64,000 bases of DNA from NCBI RefSeq assembly GCF_006345805.1, contig NC_043012.1, forward strand, positions 8,556,001 through 8,620,000. Reading direction: 5' to 3'. The notes beneath the pieces are model-generated. The model saw only the letters and a list, made by a program, of their open reading frames with translations, was not told the DNA's origin and made no database searches. Below, one piece after another: positions 22,860 through 36,042 of the stretch. Both the position numbers and the translations under genes were made by a program. Origin of the DNA: Octopus sinensis. Taxonomy: Eukaryota. The stretch's first letter is position 1, and every line of letters starts with the position of its first letter.

Positions 22860-23240
22860 GGAGACAATGAGTTGTGCATAAACTAATCCAGTCTGGTTTT
22901 TACATTTCTTGTCCTCTCCAGTTTTGCGCAGACCTGGGCTAGATGTAAGAAAATCCTGGGTAGCCCAATCGTCAGGATTCCTCTCTCGACCTTGCTGACA
23001 TAGTCCAAAGGAGTGCAGAGCATTACGTTTGGCACCATCATGGTTGCAGGAGCTGCTGGAAGAGTGTTGAGTTGAACACTAAACCGCCTACGGGGCTCCA
23101 CTCTGGATTTCTTTGAAGACTGTCTCCTTTCCGTAACCCTGGATAGGGGCCCATACCAGGTACTGTCAGCTGGAGCCAGCTGAGCCCGGGACTCGTGTCA
23201 GGCAGGGTCGTCACTCCCTGAAGTAGTGAAGAAAATCGCT
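22860..23240. repeat. GC-richer interspersed repeat remnant, probably LINE-derived
   Basis: Composition break in the intron and resemblance to RTE 5' regions; not firmly classified. Confidence 0.35.
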
Positions 23241-24004
23241 ACCCACTTCCTACATGTTTGTATATACACACATGACACATGTATATGTGTGTGTCTTTGT
23301 ATTTATGTTTGTCCCCCTCCTCACTGCTTGACAACTGGTGTTGCTGTGTTTGTAACTTAGTGGTTTAGCAAAAGAGACTGATAGAATAAATACCAGGCTT
23401 TAAAAAAATATAAATTCCGGGGTCGATTCATTTGACTAAAATGTCTTCAAGGTGTTGTCCCAGCATGGCCGCAATCTAATGACTGACACAAGTAAAAGAT
23501 AAAAGAGCTGTTTGTTTGTCATATCAGGTCTGATTAGAAGGGAGCTGTGCAACAGAGGTGTATTAACAAAACTTTGCAAAGATAATCATCAATCAAGTCT
23601 AGCTAGAAAGGAGCTTCGCAATAAAGGCTTTATAGAAATTCTCTATATTTGGCTGCGAGAAGAGAGCTTTCTGGTAATGTGGTAATGGTTGGTATATAAA
23701 TGAGGCCTTAGAGACTTATTAGATCTTGCAGCTAGAAGAGAGCTGGGCAGTAATGAGGCATTGACAGGCTTTACAGAGTCCACCCTGTGAAGTGGTTGGT
23801 TTTAGGAAGGGCATCTAGGTGTAAAAACCATGCCAAAACAGACAGCGATGCATGGTGCAGTCTTCTGCCGAGCCAGCTCCTGTCAAACTGCCCAACTCAT
23901 GCCAGCATGGAAAGCGGATATTAAATGATGGTGATGATGACCTCAGTCGCATATGATTAGAAGTAAGTTGTGCAACAGTAGTGAGCTGGCAAGATTTTAC
24001 AAAG

Positions 24005-24388
24005 ATACGAATCAGAACCAAAATCGAAGTCGATCAACATCAATGGAAATTGCAGCTGTGATACCAGTGCCGGTGGCACGTAAGCGAACCATCCGATCGT
24101 GGCCATTGCCAGTGCCGTCTGACTGGCCTCCATGCCGGTGGCACGTAAAAACCACCATCCAACCATGTCCATTTGCCAGCCTCATCTGGTGCCTGTGCTA
24201 GTGGCACATAAAAAGCACCCACTACACTCTCGGAGTGGTTGGCGTTAGGAAGGGCATCCAGTTGTAGAAACACTGCCAGATCAGACTGGGCCTGGTGCAG
24301 CCTTCTGGCTTCCCAGACCCCAGTTGAACCGTCCAACCCATGCTAGCATGGAAAGCAGACGCTAAATGATGATGATGATGATGATGAC
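24005..24388 (+). mobile_element. Repeat family C copy
   Basis: Same 5' aatcaaaatcgatcaacatcaatggaaattg, VNTR and (GAT)n tail. Confidence 0.85.
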
Positions 24389-25287
24389 GTTGTGTCTGGC
24401 TTGAAGGGGGCCCTATAATACTGTTGTATTAAAATCATGTCTGGTTTGAAGAGAGCTATGATTTAGTGGCATATTAATGTAGCTCTACGAACATGCAGTT
24501 ATTTATTAAGATGCCAACTTTCCAAAGAGGACAATTGGTTGTTTCATAGTTTGATACTAGGAAAAACCCTTAACTCTCATTGAACTTACTCCACCTAGTT
24601 GTAACTAGGTACCGTGGTGAGGAACAGTGCAACAGAATGATGAGGTACATTGCATTTAAATATGTAAATATGTCTTGTGCTGAGTTATAACAATGTAACT
24701 TCTCAGTAGATGTTGCGAGAGGTAATGTCAATAGAGGCAATGACGAGGCTCAGTTCACTTGCCTGTCAGTAGGTACGATCACTAGATGTTGTAGTGTGGT
24801 TCAGTGTGTATCATTCAATAGCTACCATGAGTGGGTGTAGTCCAGTTTGACACCTGGGAAAAATGCAAGCACAGGACTGCCCTTGCCTGCCATAGCTGCA
24901 CCAGCAGAGGTGCCACTCCCTATAAAGGAGTGTAAGATACTCAGTTGTAAAAAATATAGTGTTTAGTTATGTTGGCTGTGGTGTTTAGCTATGTGACATG
25001 AAGTGTTTAACCATTAACATCTGGTGTTTAGTTCTACAGTTTTTGACTGATATTAATAATAATAAGAGTAAACATTATATTTTCATACTTGCTAGATATC
25101 TACATTATGTTTATGCATTTATTTACTTTCATACTGCCTTATTACTCTCTCTCTATGTATTTGTGATATTTATTTGGTATATATATATGTACTAAATTTA
25201 TTATCACCCTTCGGTCTTCCTGTCTTTCTTCAACATTTTTTCTTTTGTTTTATTTTTTTAATTTCTACTTCTGTATTTATTTCAAAG

Positions 25288-25377
25288 ATCCAAATGTGAT
25301 ATCAACTCCCCAGAACCATAATAAAAGCAAAATGAAGCGAAAATCTTTGGAGTCTTTTAAATATCGTTTCAATGAAA
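25288..25377 (+). CDS. FAM172A: FAM172A exon 3 (copy 1)
   Basis: ttcaaag|, (D)PNVISTPQNHNKSKMKRKSLESFKYRFNE(K), |gtaagt; 90 nt, phase 1-1; aligns to human TLEGFEYAFNEK. Confidence 0.9.
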
Positions 25378-27282
25378 GTAAGTAAGAATTTGTAAACAAA
25401 AGTCATCCATCAACCCATTCATTCATTCTCCCTCATCTCATTTGTACCCTTTCATTCACCCACATTAAACATTACACACCCAGAGCATGCTCAACACCTT
25501 CTTTCTGGCCTTCATACATCTTACACAACCAGCATCTGTCTTTAGCCACTCTTTGTACCCAAGCATTATAGAATCTACCCTTCACTCTTGATTACACTGT
25601 GTAACACAATTTTTGTCCTTTGGTAGCAACTGTTATTCCCTATGTGCTGACCCCTAGAAAGTATGAAAAATGGCTAATATTTCCTTCAAACTTTGCTTTT
25701 GTTACATTCATTCAAACCCAAAGAATCCTTCTCAGAACTTGACTGTGATGCTCCCCCACTACTTCTGCTCGTGATCAGAGATGCACATATTGCCAGCCAC
25801 TATGGAACATGCTCATGTGGTTAAGTCTGTGGCATTGAGCAGAATATTTGCTATAACAATATTACTGCTTCAGCAACTCTAAAATGTTCGATGGCTTAGA
25901 GTAAGAAAAGTCACTCTAAAACCAGAACCAGAGATCTGGACCAACTGCTTGCAGCTGTGTGGTGTCTACTTAATGTACTTATGAACCAAAAGGTAGATTG
26001 TTAAACAGGTGAACTTAGCCTGTGGCCCAAGTTACCATAAGTGTTGGCTAATTATTGGTGCTAACAACAGAAGCATGGCTATTGTGTTTTGTTGGACCAA
26101 TTATCCTTATGGGTAAATAGAGAACCACCTTTAATAGTAACCTTGAAGTACATGTAGTTCTGCTGTATGTCACCCTGGTACTATGTACAGCAAACTGTAC
26201 TGCACCCCCTCATGGTATCTATTGAGTGTTGTAAAATGAATCTCATTACTGCATCAGGGGGAGGGTACTCCATCCCCTACCGCATGATACTTATAGATAG
26301 GTGAGTGAAGTGATCCTCACATTAAGTTTTCATCTAGAAACATGGATGTGAGCAGATTCTTGTATCTTCCTCAGTCAATGTAACAGCTGTGACAAGAACT
26401 GATGAAGCTTAACTCTTTAACTTGTATTAAAATCATGTCTGGTTTGAAGAGAGCTATGATTTAGTGGCATATTAATGTAGCTCTACAAACATGCAGTTAT
26501 CTATTACGATGCCAACTTTCCAGAGAGGACAATTGGTTGTTTCATAGTTTGATACTAGGAAAAACCCTTAACTCTCATTGGACTTACTCCACCTAGTTGT
26601 AACTAGGTACCGTGGTGAGGAACAGTGCAACAGAACGATGAGGTACATTGCATTTAACAGTAAATATGTCTTGTGCTGAGTTATAACAATGTAACTTCTC
26701 AGTAGATGTTGCGAGAGGTATTGTCAATAGAGGCAATGACGAGGCTCAGTTCACTTGCCTGTCAGTAGGTACGATCACTAGATGTTGTAGTGAGGTTCAG
26801 TGTGTATCATTCAATAGCTACCATGAGTGGGTGTAGTCCAGTTTGACACCTGGGAAAAATGCAAGCACAGGACTGCCCTTGCCTGCCATAGCTGCACCAG
26901 CAGAGGTGCCACTCCCTATAAAGGAGTGTAAGATACTCAGTTGTAAAAAATATAGTGTTTAGTTATGTTGGCTGTGGTGTTTAGCTATGTGACATGAAGT
27001 GTTTAACCATTAACATCTGGTGTTTAGTTCTACAGTTTTTGACTGATATTAATAATAATAAGAGTAAACATTATATTTTCATACTTGCTAGATATCTACA
27101 TTATGTTTATGCATTTATTTACTTTCATACTGCCTTATTACTCTCTCTCTATGTATATGTGATATTTATTTGGTATTATAATATGTACTAAATTTATTAT
27201 CACCTTCGGTCTTCCTGTCTTTCTTCAACATTTTTTCTTTTGTTTTATTTTTTTAATTTCTACTTCTGTATTTATTTCAAAG

Positions 27283-27372
27283 ATCCAAATGTGATATCAA
27301 CTCCCCAGAACCATAATAAAAGCAAAATGAAGCGAAAATCTTTGGAGTCTTTTAAATATCGTTTCAATGAAA
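27283..27372 (+). CDS. FAM172A: FAM172A exon 3 (identical copy 2)
   Basis: Exon and splice sites identical to copy 1. Confidence 0.75.
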
Positions 27373-28454
27373 GTAAGTAAGAATTTGTAAACAAAAGTCA
27401 TCCATCAACCCATTCATTCATTCTCCCTCATCTCATTTGTACCCTTTCATTCACCCACATTAAACATTACACACCCAGAGCATGCTCAACACCTTTCTTT
27501 CTGGCCTTCATACATCTTACACAACCAGCATCTGTCTTTAGCCACTCTTTGTACCCAAGCATTATAGAATCTACCCTTCACTCTTGATTACACTGTGTAA
27601 CACAATTTTTGTCCTTTGGTAGCAACTGTTATTCCCTATGTGCTGACCCCTAGAAAGTATGAAAAATGGCTAATATTTCCTTCAAACTTTGCTTTTGTTA
27701 CATTCATTCAAACCCCAAAGAATCCTTCTCAGAACTTGACTGTGATGCTCCCCCACTACTTCTGCTCGTGATCAGAGATGCACATATTGCCAGCCACTAT
27801 GGAACATGCTCATGTGGTTAAATCTGTGGCATTGAGCAGAATATTTGCTATAACAATATTACTGCTTCAGCAACTCTAAAATGTTCGATGGCTTAGAGTA
27901 AGAAAAGTCACTCTAAAACCAGAACCAGAGATCTGGACCAACTGCTTGCAGCTGTGTGGTGTCTACTTAATGTACTTATGAACCAAAAGGTAGATTGTTA
28001 AACAGGTGAACTTAGCCTGTGGCCCAAGTTACCATAAGTGTTGGCTAATTATTGGTGCTAACAACAGAAGCATGGCTATTGTGTTTTGTTGGACCAATTA
28101 TCCTTATGGGTAAATAGAGAACCACCTTTAATAGTAACCTTGAAGTACATGTAGTTCTGCTGTATGTCACCCTGGTACTATGTACAGCAAACTGTACTGC
28201 ACCCCCTCATGGTACCTATTGAGTGTTGTAAAATGAATCTCATTACTGCATCAGGAGGAGGGTACTCCATCCCCTACCGCATGATACTTATAGATAGGTG
28301 AGTGAAGTGATCCTCACATTAAGTTTTCATCTAGAAACATGGATGTGAGCAGATTCTTGTATCTTCCTCAGTCAATGTAACAGCTGTGACAAGAACTGAT
28401 GAAGCTTAACTCTTTAACTTCACCATCTTAACCACTGAGCCCCAATCTGCCATA

Positions 28455-28762
28455 GTGGAGGCACATGGCCTAATGGTTAGAGTAGTGGAATTGTGGTCAA
28501 GGGATGGCGGGTTCGAATCTCAGACCGGGTGATGTGTGTATTTATGAGTGAAACACCTAAGCTCCACCCGGCTCTGGCAGAAGGTAATGGCGAACTTCTG
28601 CTGACTCTTTTGCCACAACTTTCTCTCACTCTTTCCTCCTGCATCTTGCAGCTCACCTGCGAAAGAACGGAGTCCCGTCCAGGTGGGGAACTTATACACC
28701 AAGGAAACCGGGAAACCGGCCCTTATGAGCCAGGTGTGGCTCGAGAAGGAACAAACAATAAT
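28455..28762 (+). mobile_element. tRNA-derived SINE family D
   Basis: gtggaggcacatggcctaatggttag..gggttcgaatctc; homologous to 1171 and 11861. Confidence 0.8.
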
Positions 28763-28829
28763 CTACCATGGTATTTGCTTCAGGTTCTTGTTTTTTTTTT
28801 TTAATTTAAAATCTTCTTTTATTTGCCAG

Positions 28830-28927
28830 AGGGCCGTCTACGACACATTAAAACTGGGAAACCTTTTGAGTTTAACATCAGCAACAATAGAAGGGATAAC
28901 GAGAAGAATTATGAAGAACTAGGAGAG
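28830..28927 (+). CDS. FAM172A: FAM172A exon 4
   Basis: GRLRHIKTGKPFEFNISNNRRDNEKNYEELGE (human GQLRHIKTGEPF..RYEALGE); ag|..|gtaagt. Confidence 0.95.
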
Positions 28928-29304
28928 GTAAGTAGTCATTATAATAGCACCAGCATTTTGGTAGAAGAATTGATAGAGGAGGTGGACGCAGGCGTGAGAG
29001 AGAGGTCGTCAAGTTCAAGACAGACATCTGAGGCAGACATTAAACTAATCATTATAAGAATGGTTTCTAATATTGGCACAAGGCTGACACTTTTAGGAGA
29101 GAGACTAAGTCAATTACATTGACCCTAGTATTCGACTGGTATTTATTTTATTGACCCTAGATGAAAGACGAGGTTGACCTTGGTGGAATTTGAACTCTCA
29201 CCATAATGAGTTGCAAGAACCTCTGCTAAGCATTTTGTTCAACCAAAGCCTTGTGAGTGTATTTGGTAGATAGGAACTGAAAGAAACTCATCACATGTAC
29301 ATAT

Positions 29305-29430
29305 ACGAGGGTATGCTGAAAAGTTCCTGCTTTAAAGGTATTGCAAAAGATCTGGTTGGAGGATCAACCTTCTGAGTTTTTTTACAGGGTTTAGAAAAAC
29401 TGAAGGACCACTGCAATAAGTGGTGTGAAT
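29305..29430. mobile_element. Mariner-derived MITE fragment (a similar one at ~39396-39530)
   Basis: TA-cgagggtatgctgaaaagttcc TIR-like end plus a GLEKLKDHCNKW C-terminal motif. Confidence 0.5.
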
Positions 29431-30293
29431 CTTTTTTACCGAACTGCTAAGTTACAGGGACGTAAATACACCATCGCTGATTGTCAAGCAGCAGTGGGAG
29501 GCAAAAGTAGACACAAAATCACTTGGAAATACACACTCATGTATGCAAGGCTTCTTTCAGTTTCCGTCTACTAAATCCACTCGCAAGGCTTTGGTCAACT
29601 CGAGGCTATAGTAGAAGACACTTGCCCAATGTGCCACTCAGGGGGGCTGAACTCGGAACCATGTGGTTAGGAAGCAAACTCCTTTATTTTATTAAATTTG
29701 CCATAAAGGCAGTACATAGAGTAGAGAAGCTTGCGGGCTGGACATGGACATTAATGAGATGAATGATAATGATGCAAGGATGATAAGGATGGGAGAAGAC
29801 GAAAAGCGCCCGCCGACTTCTGCTTCTCTAAAACGTTCTTTTTTTAAAAACACTGAATGAGGTATTAACCCTCTTACAATTTTATAAAGAGCTCATTACT
29901 AATAAAAACACATTTAATAAGGCGATAAACCTATTACGCACATAAGGCCTCAATCAACTTTCTTGCCTCCCACAGGCTTTCCTGCAGCTGCAAGTTGGGG
30001 GCCCCATAAACAGGATCTATATTCTTCCTTTGAGAAGGAGTCCATTATATCGTAGAAGTTCCTTTCTTCTGGTACCAGAGCCACGTCTGCACCTATGTCC
30101 ACAGTGTGTATGTAGATTGTATATTTAGGGTTGTATTTATGCTCGTGTTTCCTTATTTTTGTCATCCTCATTAGTAATGTCACCATCATTATCAATACAA
30201 TTATTATTGTCATCTTCACCACCAACTACCATCATCATCACCACTTCCACCATTGCCATCACTATTACTATTGTTGTCGTCATCGTCTTTCAG

Positions 30294-30359
30294 GCTGTCA
30301 CAGAACATATCTACAATATGTTACAAATTGAGATGAAACTGGAAAAAGTCTATGTACCG
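30294..30359 (+). CDS. FAM172A: FAM172A exon 5
   Basis: AVTEHIYNMLQIEMKLEKVYVP; tttcag|..|gtaagt; 66 nt. Confidence 0.95.
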
Positions 30360-30589
30360 GTAAGTACGGAACCTCTGAATATTACATCAAATTGTTATCC
30401 TCTCAACTTGCCACCTTGTCACATTGTCGACTTTTCAACTTGCCAAACAGTTAGAATGGTCAGTGACTTGGTCACAGATATGTCCCTTTATTATAACATT
30501 TGAAATCATGCTTTTACATTTTTTTTCTCTTTGACCCTTTAGCATTTTAACCAGCCATATCCGGCTGAAATATTCTACTTGTTTTATGT

Positions 30590-30864
30590 TCGCACGTAAA
30601 AAGCACCATCCGATCGTGGCCGTTTGCCAGCCTCGTCTGGCACCTGTGCCAGTGGCACGTAAAAAGCACCATCCGATCGTGGCCGTTTGCCAGCCTCATC
30701 TGGCACGTAAAAAGCACCCACTACACTCACAGAGTGGTTGGCGTTAGGAACGGCATCTAGCTGTAGAAACATTGCCAGATCAGACTGGGCCTGGTGCAGC
30801 CTTCTGGCTTCCCAGACCCCAGTTGCACCGTCCAACCCATGCCAGCATGGAAAGCGGACGCTAA

Positions 30865-30891
<27 letters not shown>
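30590..30891 (+). mobile_element. Repeat family C copy inserted after a piggyBac-type MITE end
   Basis: VNTR units and (GAT)n tail. Confidence 0.8.
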
Positions 30892-30895
<4 letters not shown>

Positions 30896-30962
30896 GTGTT
30901 TTCTTGGCTTTGGTCTGTTTTGTTAATGTAACTTTTTTTCTTTTATTTTATTGTCTTCACAG

Positions 30963-31090
30963 ATTAATCGAATTGGTTTGGAACCACAAAGTTTCATTTT
31001 CCAAAGTAAAGATGCCTTGACAAACCCTCACAAATTACTGCTGCTAGTCCATGGTTCTGGGGCTGTTCGTGCTGGTCAGTGGGCTCGTAG
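30963..31090 (+). CDS. FAM172A: FAM172A exon 6
   Basis: [42 protein letters not shown]; Arb2-domain [12 protein letters not shown] motif. Confidence 0.97.
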
Positions 31091-31999
31091 GTCAGTGGCC
31101 TTCTATGTCTTATTTTGTCCATTTCTGTCTTCACTTAGCCTTACTTCTTACGATTAAAGATTTTTGTAAACAAATTATTGCGGCCTGTTTCTCCAGTTAT
31201 AGTATGGGTTGACTAGAGCTGCAAATCTCTGTATGTAAAAATTTCTATCAGAACATGACACTGTAATTACTCTATGACGCAATCTACAAACTGCTATGTG
31301 GTCATTTAACTTACTAGAAATAAGTCTTAAATATCTCAAATCACAGGTAAAAGAGGTAAAAGCTTGCTGGATTATTTAGTTTGAGATAAACTATGTGAAA
31401 GGAAACAGGATGGTTGTAGCTGGAATGTCTTTGATCAGGACTCTGTTTGACCAGAGGGATTAGACAATAACACTTAACAACAAATGGCTTTTGTTCTCTT
31501 TGTTTAATCTGGATTATCTGAGTATATTGTTAATTTAGATTACCAACCAGATTACCGAGTATAAAACGAGTTTTTTTAATATATTCAGTAATAAGAGAGT
31601 TAAGTGTGGAACAATAGTTTACGAAAGCAGTTCAGTCTGTGTAGAAGTAAGATAAATATTGGTTTCAAATTTTGGCACAAGGCCAGCAATTTTGAGGAAG
31701 GGGTTTAAACAATTGCACCAACCTCAGGAAAGGAAACTACAATATTTTCCAGTATACAAGTTAAAATTTTTCAGTCCCAAATTTACAACCAATTTTAACT
31801 TGTATACTGGAAAATATTGTAGTTTCCTTTCCTTGCTTATAGCTATTGAAACACAAACACGACAATAAAGGAATGGTTAAGCAGCCAATTGGTAGTCATT
31901 AGAGTGTCGGATAGAGTACCTCACAGTATTTGTTCCGAGGTCAGCTTTACTTTTCGTCCTTTCAGGATGTTATAAAACCCAAACTCGAATATCAAAGTT

Positions 32000-32680
32000 T
32001 AAAAAGTTTTAATTGACTAAAAATACAGCAATATACAATACAAACGAAGATTGCTAAATTGTAAGCAAAACCAAACTTCAACACAATAACAGTTTTATGC
32101 AGCGAGTTGCTGCATTCTCGACTAACTAAAATCAACACTGAACATATCGTGCTGCAAACAGAACAGAACTCTGCACAGTTGCACTGCAGGCATATAACAG
32201 CAATCGAGACAATCAAAATCACAACACAGGGTCAATGAAAATGTGCCAATCTGGGATGATGGATTGGTGACACTGTTAGAGAGTTGCTATGCAGTATCAG
32301 CTGCAGCTCTTTGTATTGTGACAGTGTATACTGCAATGATACCTGTGGCAAACAGTATCACCTGAGGTTGGTGGCCTTTTCCTTCAATACACATTAGCTG
32401 TATGGAGAGGGAAGACTTTTGTTATTGGGCAGCTCAGTATTACTGGAAAATAATATTACTTTGGCCTTCACATACATGTGCAACTGCATAATCAACCTTG
32501 GTCAGTGGAGGCCCTACAAGAGGAATGATCTGACTGCCATCAAATATTGGTATTATCTCAGTGATATCGATCAATGAGGAATTAGTCTTATTGCTTTTGA
32601 TTCTCAGAGGCATAAATGGTGTGAAATGAATTGAGTTGAAGACAATGTTGCAAGAGCATTTAGATCCATCCAACAATATT
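32000..32680 (-). pseudogene. Highly decayed Tc1/mariner (maT/DD37D-like) transposase remnant
   Basis: VCEGQSNIIFQ*Y*AA resembles VCEGRPY.FQQD.APA; many stops. Confidence 0.4.
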
Positions 32681-32695
32681 CCTTGATTTTAGTGA

Positions 32696-32925
32696 TTAAC
32701 CCCTTAGCCTTTAAACCGGCCATATCCGGCCAAAAGTATTCTGCTTGTTTTATGTTCAAACTGGCCATATCTGGTCTCTCAGACTAACCCTACAATATCG
32801 TTTTAAAAATGAACAGTTACCTCATCAAAATCTCATAACTACAAGATTAATGAATGATTAGTTCAAAACAATGTGGATGAAAAAGCATTAGTTTTGGCAG
32901 AATAATGTGAACACTAAAGGGTTAA
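32696..32925. mobile_element. piggyBac-type MITE family G (also 44636-44847, 51960-52180)
   Basis: ttaa|cccct..agcctttaaac...ctaaaggg|ttaa. Confidence 0.8.
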
Positions 32926-33007
32926 TGTTTCTAACCACTATTGGAACCATATTCAGTAACACTCATAGAATCTGTTACAGTGAATGATGTAACTTTCTCT
33001 TTGCTAG

Positions 33008-33140
33008 ACTCATCATCAATGACTGCTTAGACAGTGGTTCACAAATGCCATTCATCAAGAGAGCTGTCCAATCCGGTTTTGCTGTTCTCGTCTTAAACAC
33101 AAACTTAAACAGAAGTAAAAAAATTGGAAATAAAATCAGG
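33008..33140 (+). CDS. FAM172A: FAM172A exon 7
   Basis: (R)[44 protein letters not shown]; ctag|..|gtgaga; 133 nt. Confidence 0.95.
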
Positions 33141-33369
33141 GTGAGACATCTGCGAGTTTTGTTTGTTTGCTTTTATGCTTCCTGAGGTTAGCAATGTGTG
33201 TGTTAGGGTGCCTGTATGCGCGTGTGTGTGTGGCTATCTTGCGTATATGTGTGTGTTGTGGGGAGATGCATGGAGGTGTGAGTGGGATAGGGGTGACAGG
33301 ACTCAGGGGTTCGAAGGTATTGGGTGCTTGTGTGGAGTGGGAAGGTGTGTATGAGTGCATGTGCAGTGA

Positions 33370-34515
33370 TTAACCCTTTTGATACCAAACTACCCAATTC
33401 AACCCTCTAATTCTATGTTGCAACCTCCCTGTTTTAGATTGACCTTAATTAAAACCTTTTATCAAAACGTTGTGTTAATTAGTTCCAAACACCACCTTAA
33501 TAATAACCTCAGGGCACTGAACTTTTTGGAGGAGATGACAAAAGATCGAGACATATGGCGCCTTCCTATACTCAAAAAGACCCATCCTCTTCAGCAGAAG
33601 TGTTATGGTTGCTTCCCCTGGTGAAGAGAATTTACCTGGTTGAGTCCTGTGCTAGTACCACATTAAAAAAGCACCCAACACACACTGTAAAGGGGTTGGT
33701 GTTAGGAAGGGCATCCAACTGTAGAAATCAAACTAAATCAGACTGGAACGTGCTGCAGCTTTCCAGTTGCCAGCCCTGGTCAACCCGTCCAACCCATGCT
33801 TGCATGGAAAATGGACATTACAGAATAATGATCTCACCTGGCAAGCCAAGTCAGACCATAACCTGTGGCCTATGCCAGGGGTGTAACCAGCCCACTTATG
33901 CATACCTTTCCTTCATTGGACACTAAACTCTGCTTGCGAAGACCTGTTGAGGCAATCAAAATCAAATTTGATGACTGGTATCTGTGCCAGTGGAGTGCTA
34001 AGAGCATCATCCGAGTGTGATCGTTGCCAGAGCAGCTGACTGGCTTCCCTGCCAGTGGCATGTAAAAAGCACCATTCAATTGTGGTCGTTACCAGCGTCG
34101 CCTTATTGGCACTTGTGCCAGTGGCACGTGAAAAAACATTCGAGCGAGATCGTTGCCAGTGCCGCTGGACTGGCTCCTGTGCAAGTGGCACGTAAAAAAC
34201 ACCATTTGAGCATGGCTGTTGCCAGTACCACCTGACTGGCCCTCATGCTGGTGGCATGTAAAAGCACCCACTACACTCTCAGAGTGGTTGGCATTAGGAA
34301 GGGTATCCAGCTGTAGAAACTCTGCCAGATCAGATTAGAGCCTGGTGCAGCCATCTGGTTCGCCAGTCCTCAGTGAAATCGTCCAACCCATGCCAGCATG
34401 GAAAGCGGACGTTAAACGATGATGATGATGATTTTATTAAGTTCTTCATTGTTTTCAAAATTAATTGAAACAATGTCAGTGTATTTTAACAGAAAAATCG
34501 TGGCAAAAAGGTTAA
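33370..34515. mobile_element. MITE family F interrupted by a ~920-bp RTE 3'-end/family C insertion (33512-34432)
   Basis: The MITE halves match the intact copy at 59800; the insert begins LRALNFLEEMTKDRDIWR and ends in (GAT)n. Confidence 0.75.
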
Positions 34516-34734
34516 AATCTTCCTGTACTCTATAGTTAAACTTACTATTAATTACTTTTGTTCTCACTCAAAATTTTACTTTTATCAAAATGTTATCGTT
34601 TATTCTGTAGTTAACGCATACTTCTGTGTACTGTAGCAACATAGTTCAGTGTGTTCACAGCAGTTTAACACAGTTCAGTCTCTAGTTAACACACCCCAAT
34701 AATCTCTCATGTATCTTAGTTCATGTGATAAGGT

Positions 34735-34985
34735 GGTGAGCTGGCAGAATCATTAACATTAAGGCGGCGAATTGGCAGAAATGTTAGCACGCCGGGCGAA
34801 ATGCTTAGCAGTATTTCATCTGCCGCTACGTTCTGAGTTCAAATTCCGCCGAGGTCGACTTTGCCTTTCATCCTTTCAGGGTCGATAAATTAAGTACCAG
34901 TCACGCACTGGAGTCGATGTAATTGACTTAATCTCCTTATTTGCCCCCTCTTATGTTTAGCCCCTTGTGGGCAATAAAGAAATAA
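34735..34985 (+). mobile_element. SINE family A (tRNA head, central gcctttcatcctttcggggtcgataaattaagtacc domain); also 17780, 36922, 41255, 48130, 58860(-), 62822
   Basis: B-box gagttcaaattcc; conserved central domain resembling the Meta/Sauria-type SINE domain. Confidence 0.85.
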
Positions 34986-35594
34986 GAATCATTCACATGC
35001 CAGCTAAAATGTTTGGCAGCATTTCTTTCTGGCTTTGCTATTGAGGTTAATTTTGTCTTTCATCCTTTTGCGATTGATAAATTGAGAGCCTGTTGAGCAT
35101 TGGGGTTGATGTAATGAACATCTCCCACCCTTCAAAACTGTCAGCCTTGTGTGAAAAATTAGGAGGAATTATTAGTTCATGTGGTCACCTAGTGTGTGTT
35201 ATACATGTTATGAGTACATGTCACAGGAGGTGTTAGTGTTTTTACTGAATTGGAAATGTAGTTTAATGAAATAAATGTTAACAATTAGTCTGGTGGTGGT
35301 GGTTGTGTGTGTAGAGAGAAGGCATGGCTATGTGAAATAGGTGTAGACATGGTTCCAGGTTCAGCCCCACTGCATGGCACCTTGGACAAGTGTTTTTTAC
35401 TATAGCGTCATGCTGACCAAAGCCTTGAGTGGATTTGGTAGATGAAAACTGAAAGAAGCTGGTCATATATGTATACGTGTATCTTTAGGTCTGTGTTTGT
35501 CCCCCATCACCACTTGACAACCAGTGTTAGTGTGTTTACATCCCCTTAAAAGGATAAATACCAGGCTTTAAAAAAAAGTACTGCAGATCAATTC

Positions 35595-35764
35595 CTCGAG
35601 GTGGTGCCTTTAGTCAAAGAAATAGACCCAAGGACTTATTCTTTGTAAGCCTTGTTCTTATTCTGTTGGTCTCTTTTGTCAAACTGCTAAGTTATGGTGA
35701 TGTAAAAACAACAGCATCGGTTGTCAAGCAATATTGGGGGGCAAACACAGACACACAGACATAT

Positions 35765-35834
<70 letters not shown>

Positions 35835-36001
35835 CATACGACGGGCTTCTTTCAGTTTCCATCTACCAAATCCATTCACAAGGCTTTGGTCAGCCTGAGT
35901 CTATAGTAGAAGACACTTACCCAAGGTGCCATGCAGTGGAACTGAACCCGGAACCATGTGGTTGGTAAGCAAGCTACTTACCACACAGCCACTCCTGCAC
36001 C
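35595..36001 (-). mobile_element. SINE family B, inverted relative to the copy at 35318-35575
   Basis: Reverse complement of 21427. Confidence 0.85.
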
Positions 36002-36042
36002 TAATTCTTTAATTTGATATCTTTTATTCTGTGATGTTGCAG

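Larger units (their letters stand above)
24424..28420 (+). repeat. ~2.0-kb head-to-tail tandem duplication (24424-26423 / 26422-28420)
   Basis: About 16-20 differences over ~1998 bp; 2-bp TT microhomology at the junction. Confidence 0.95.
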
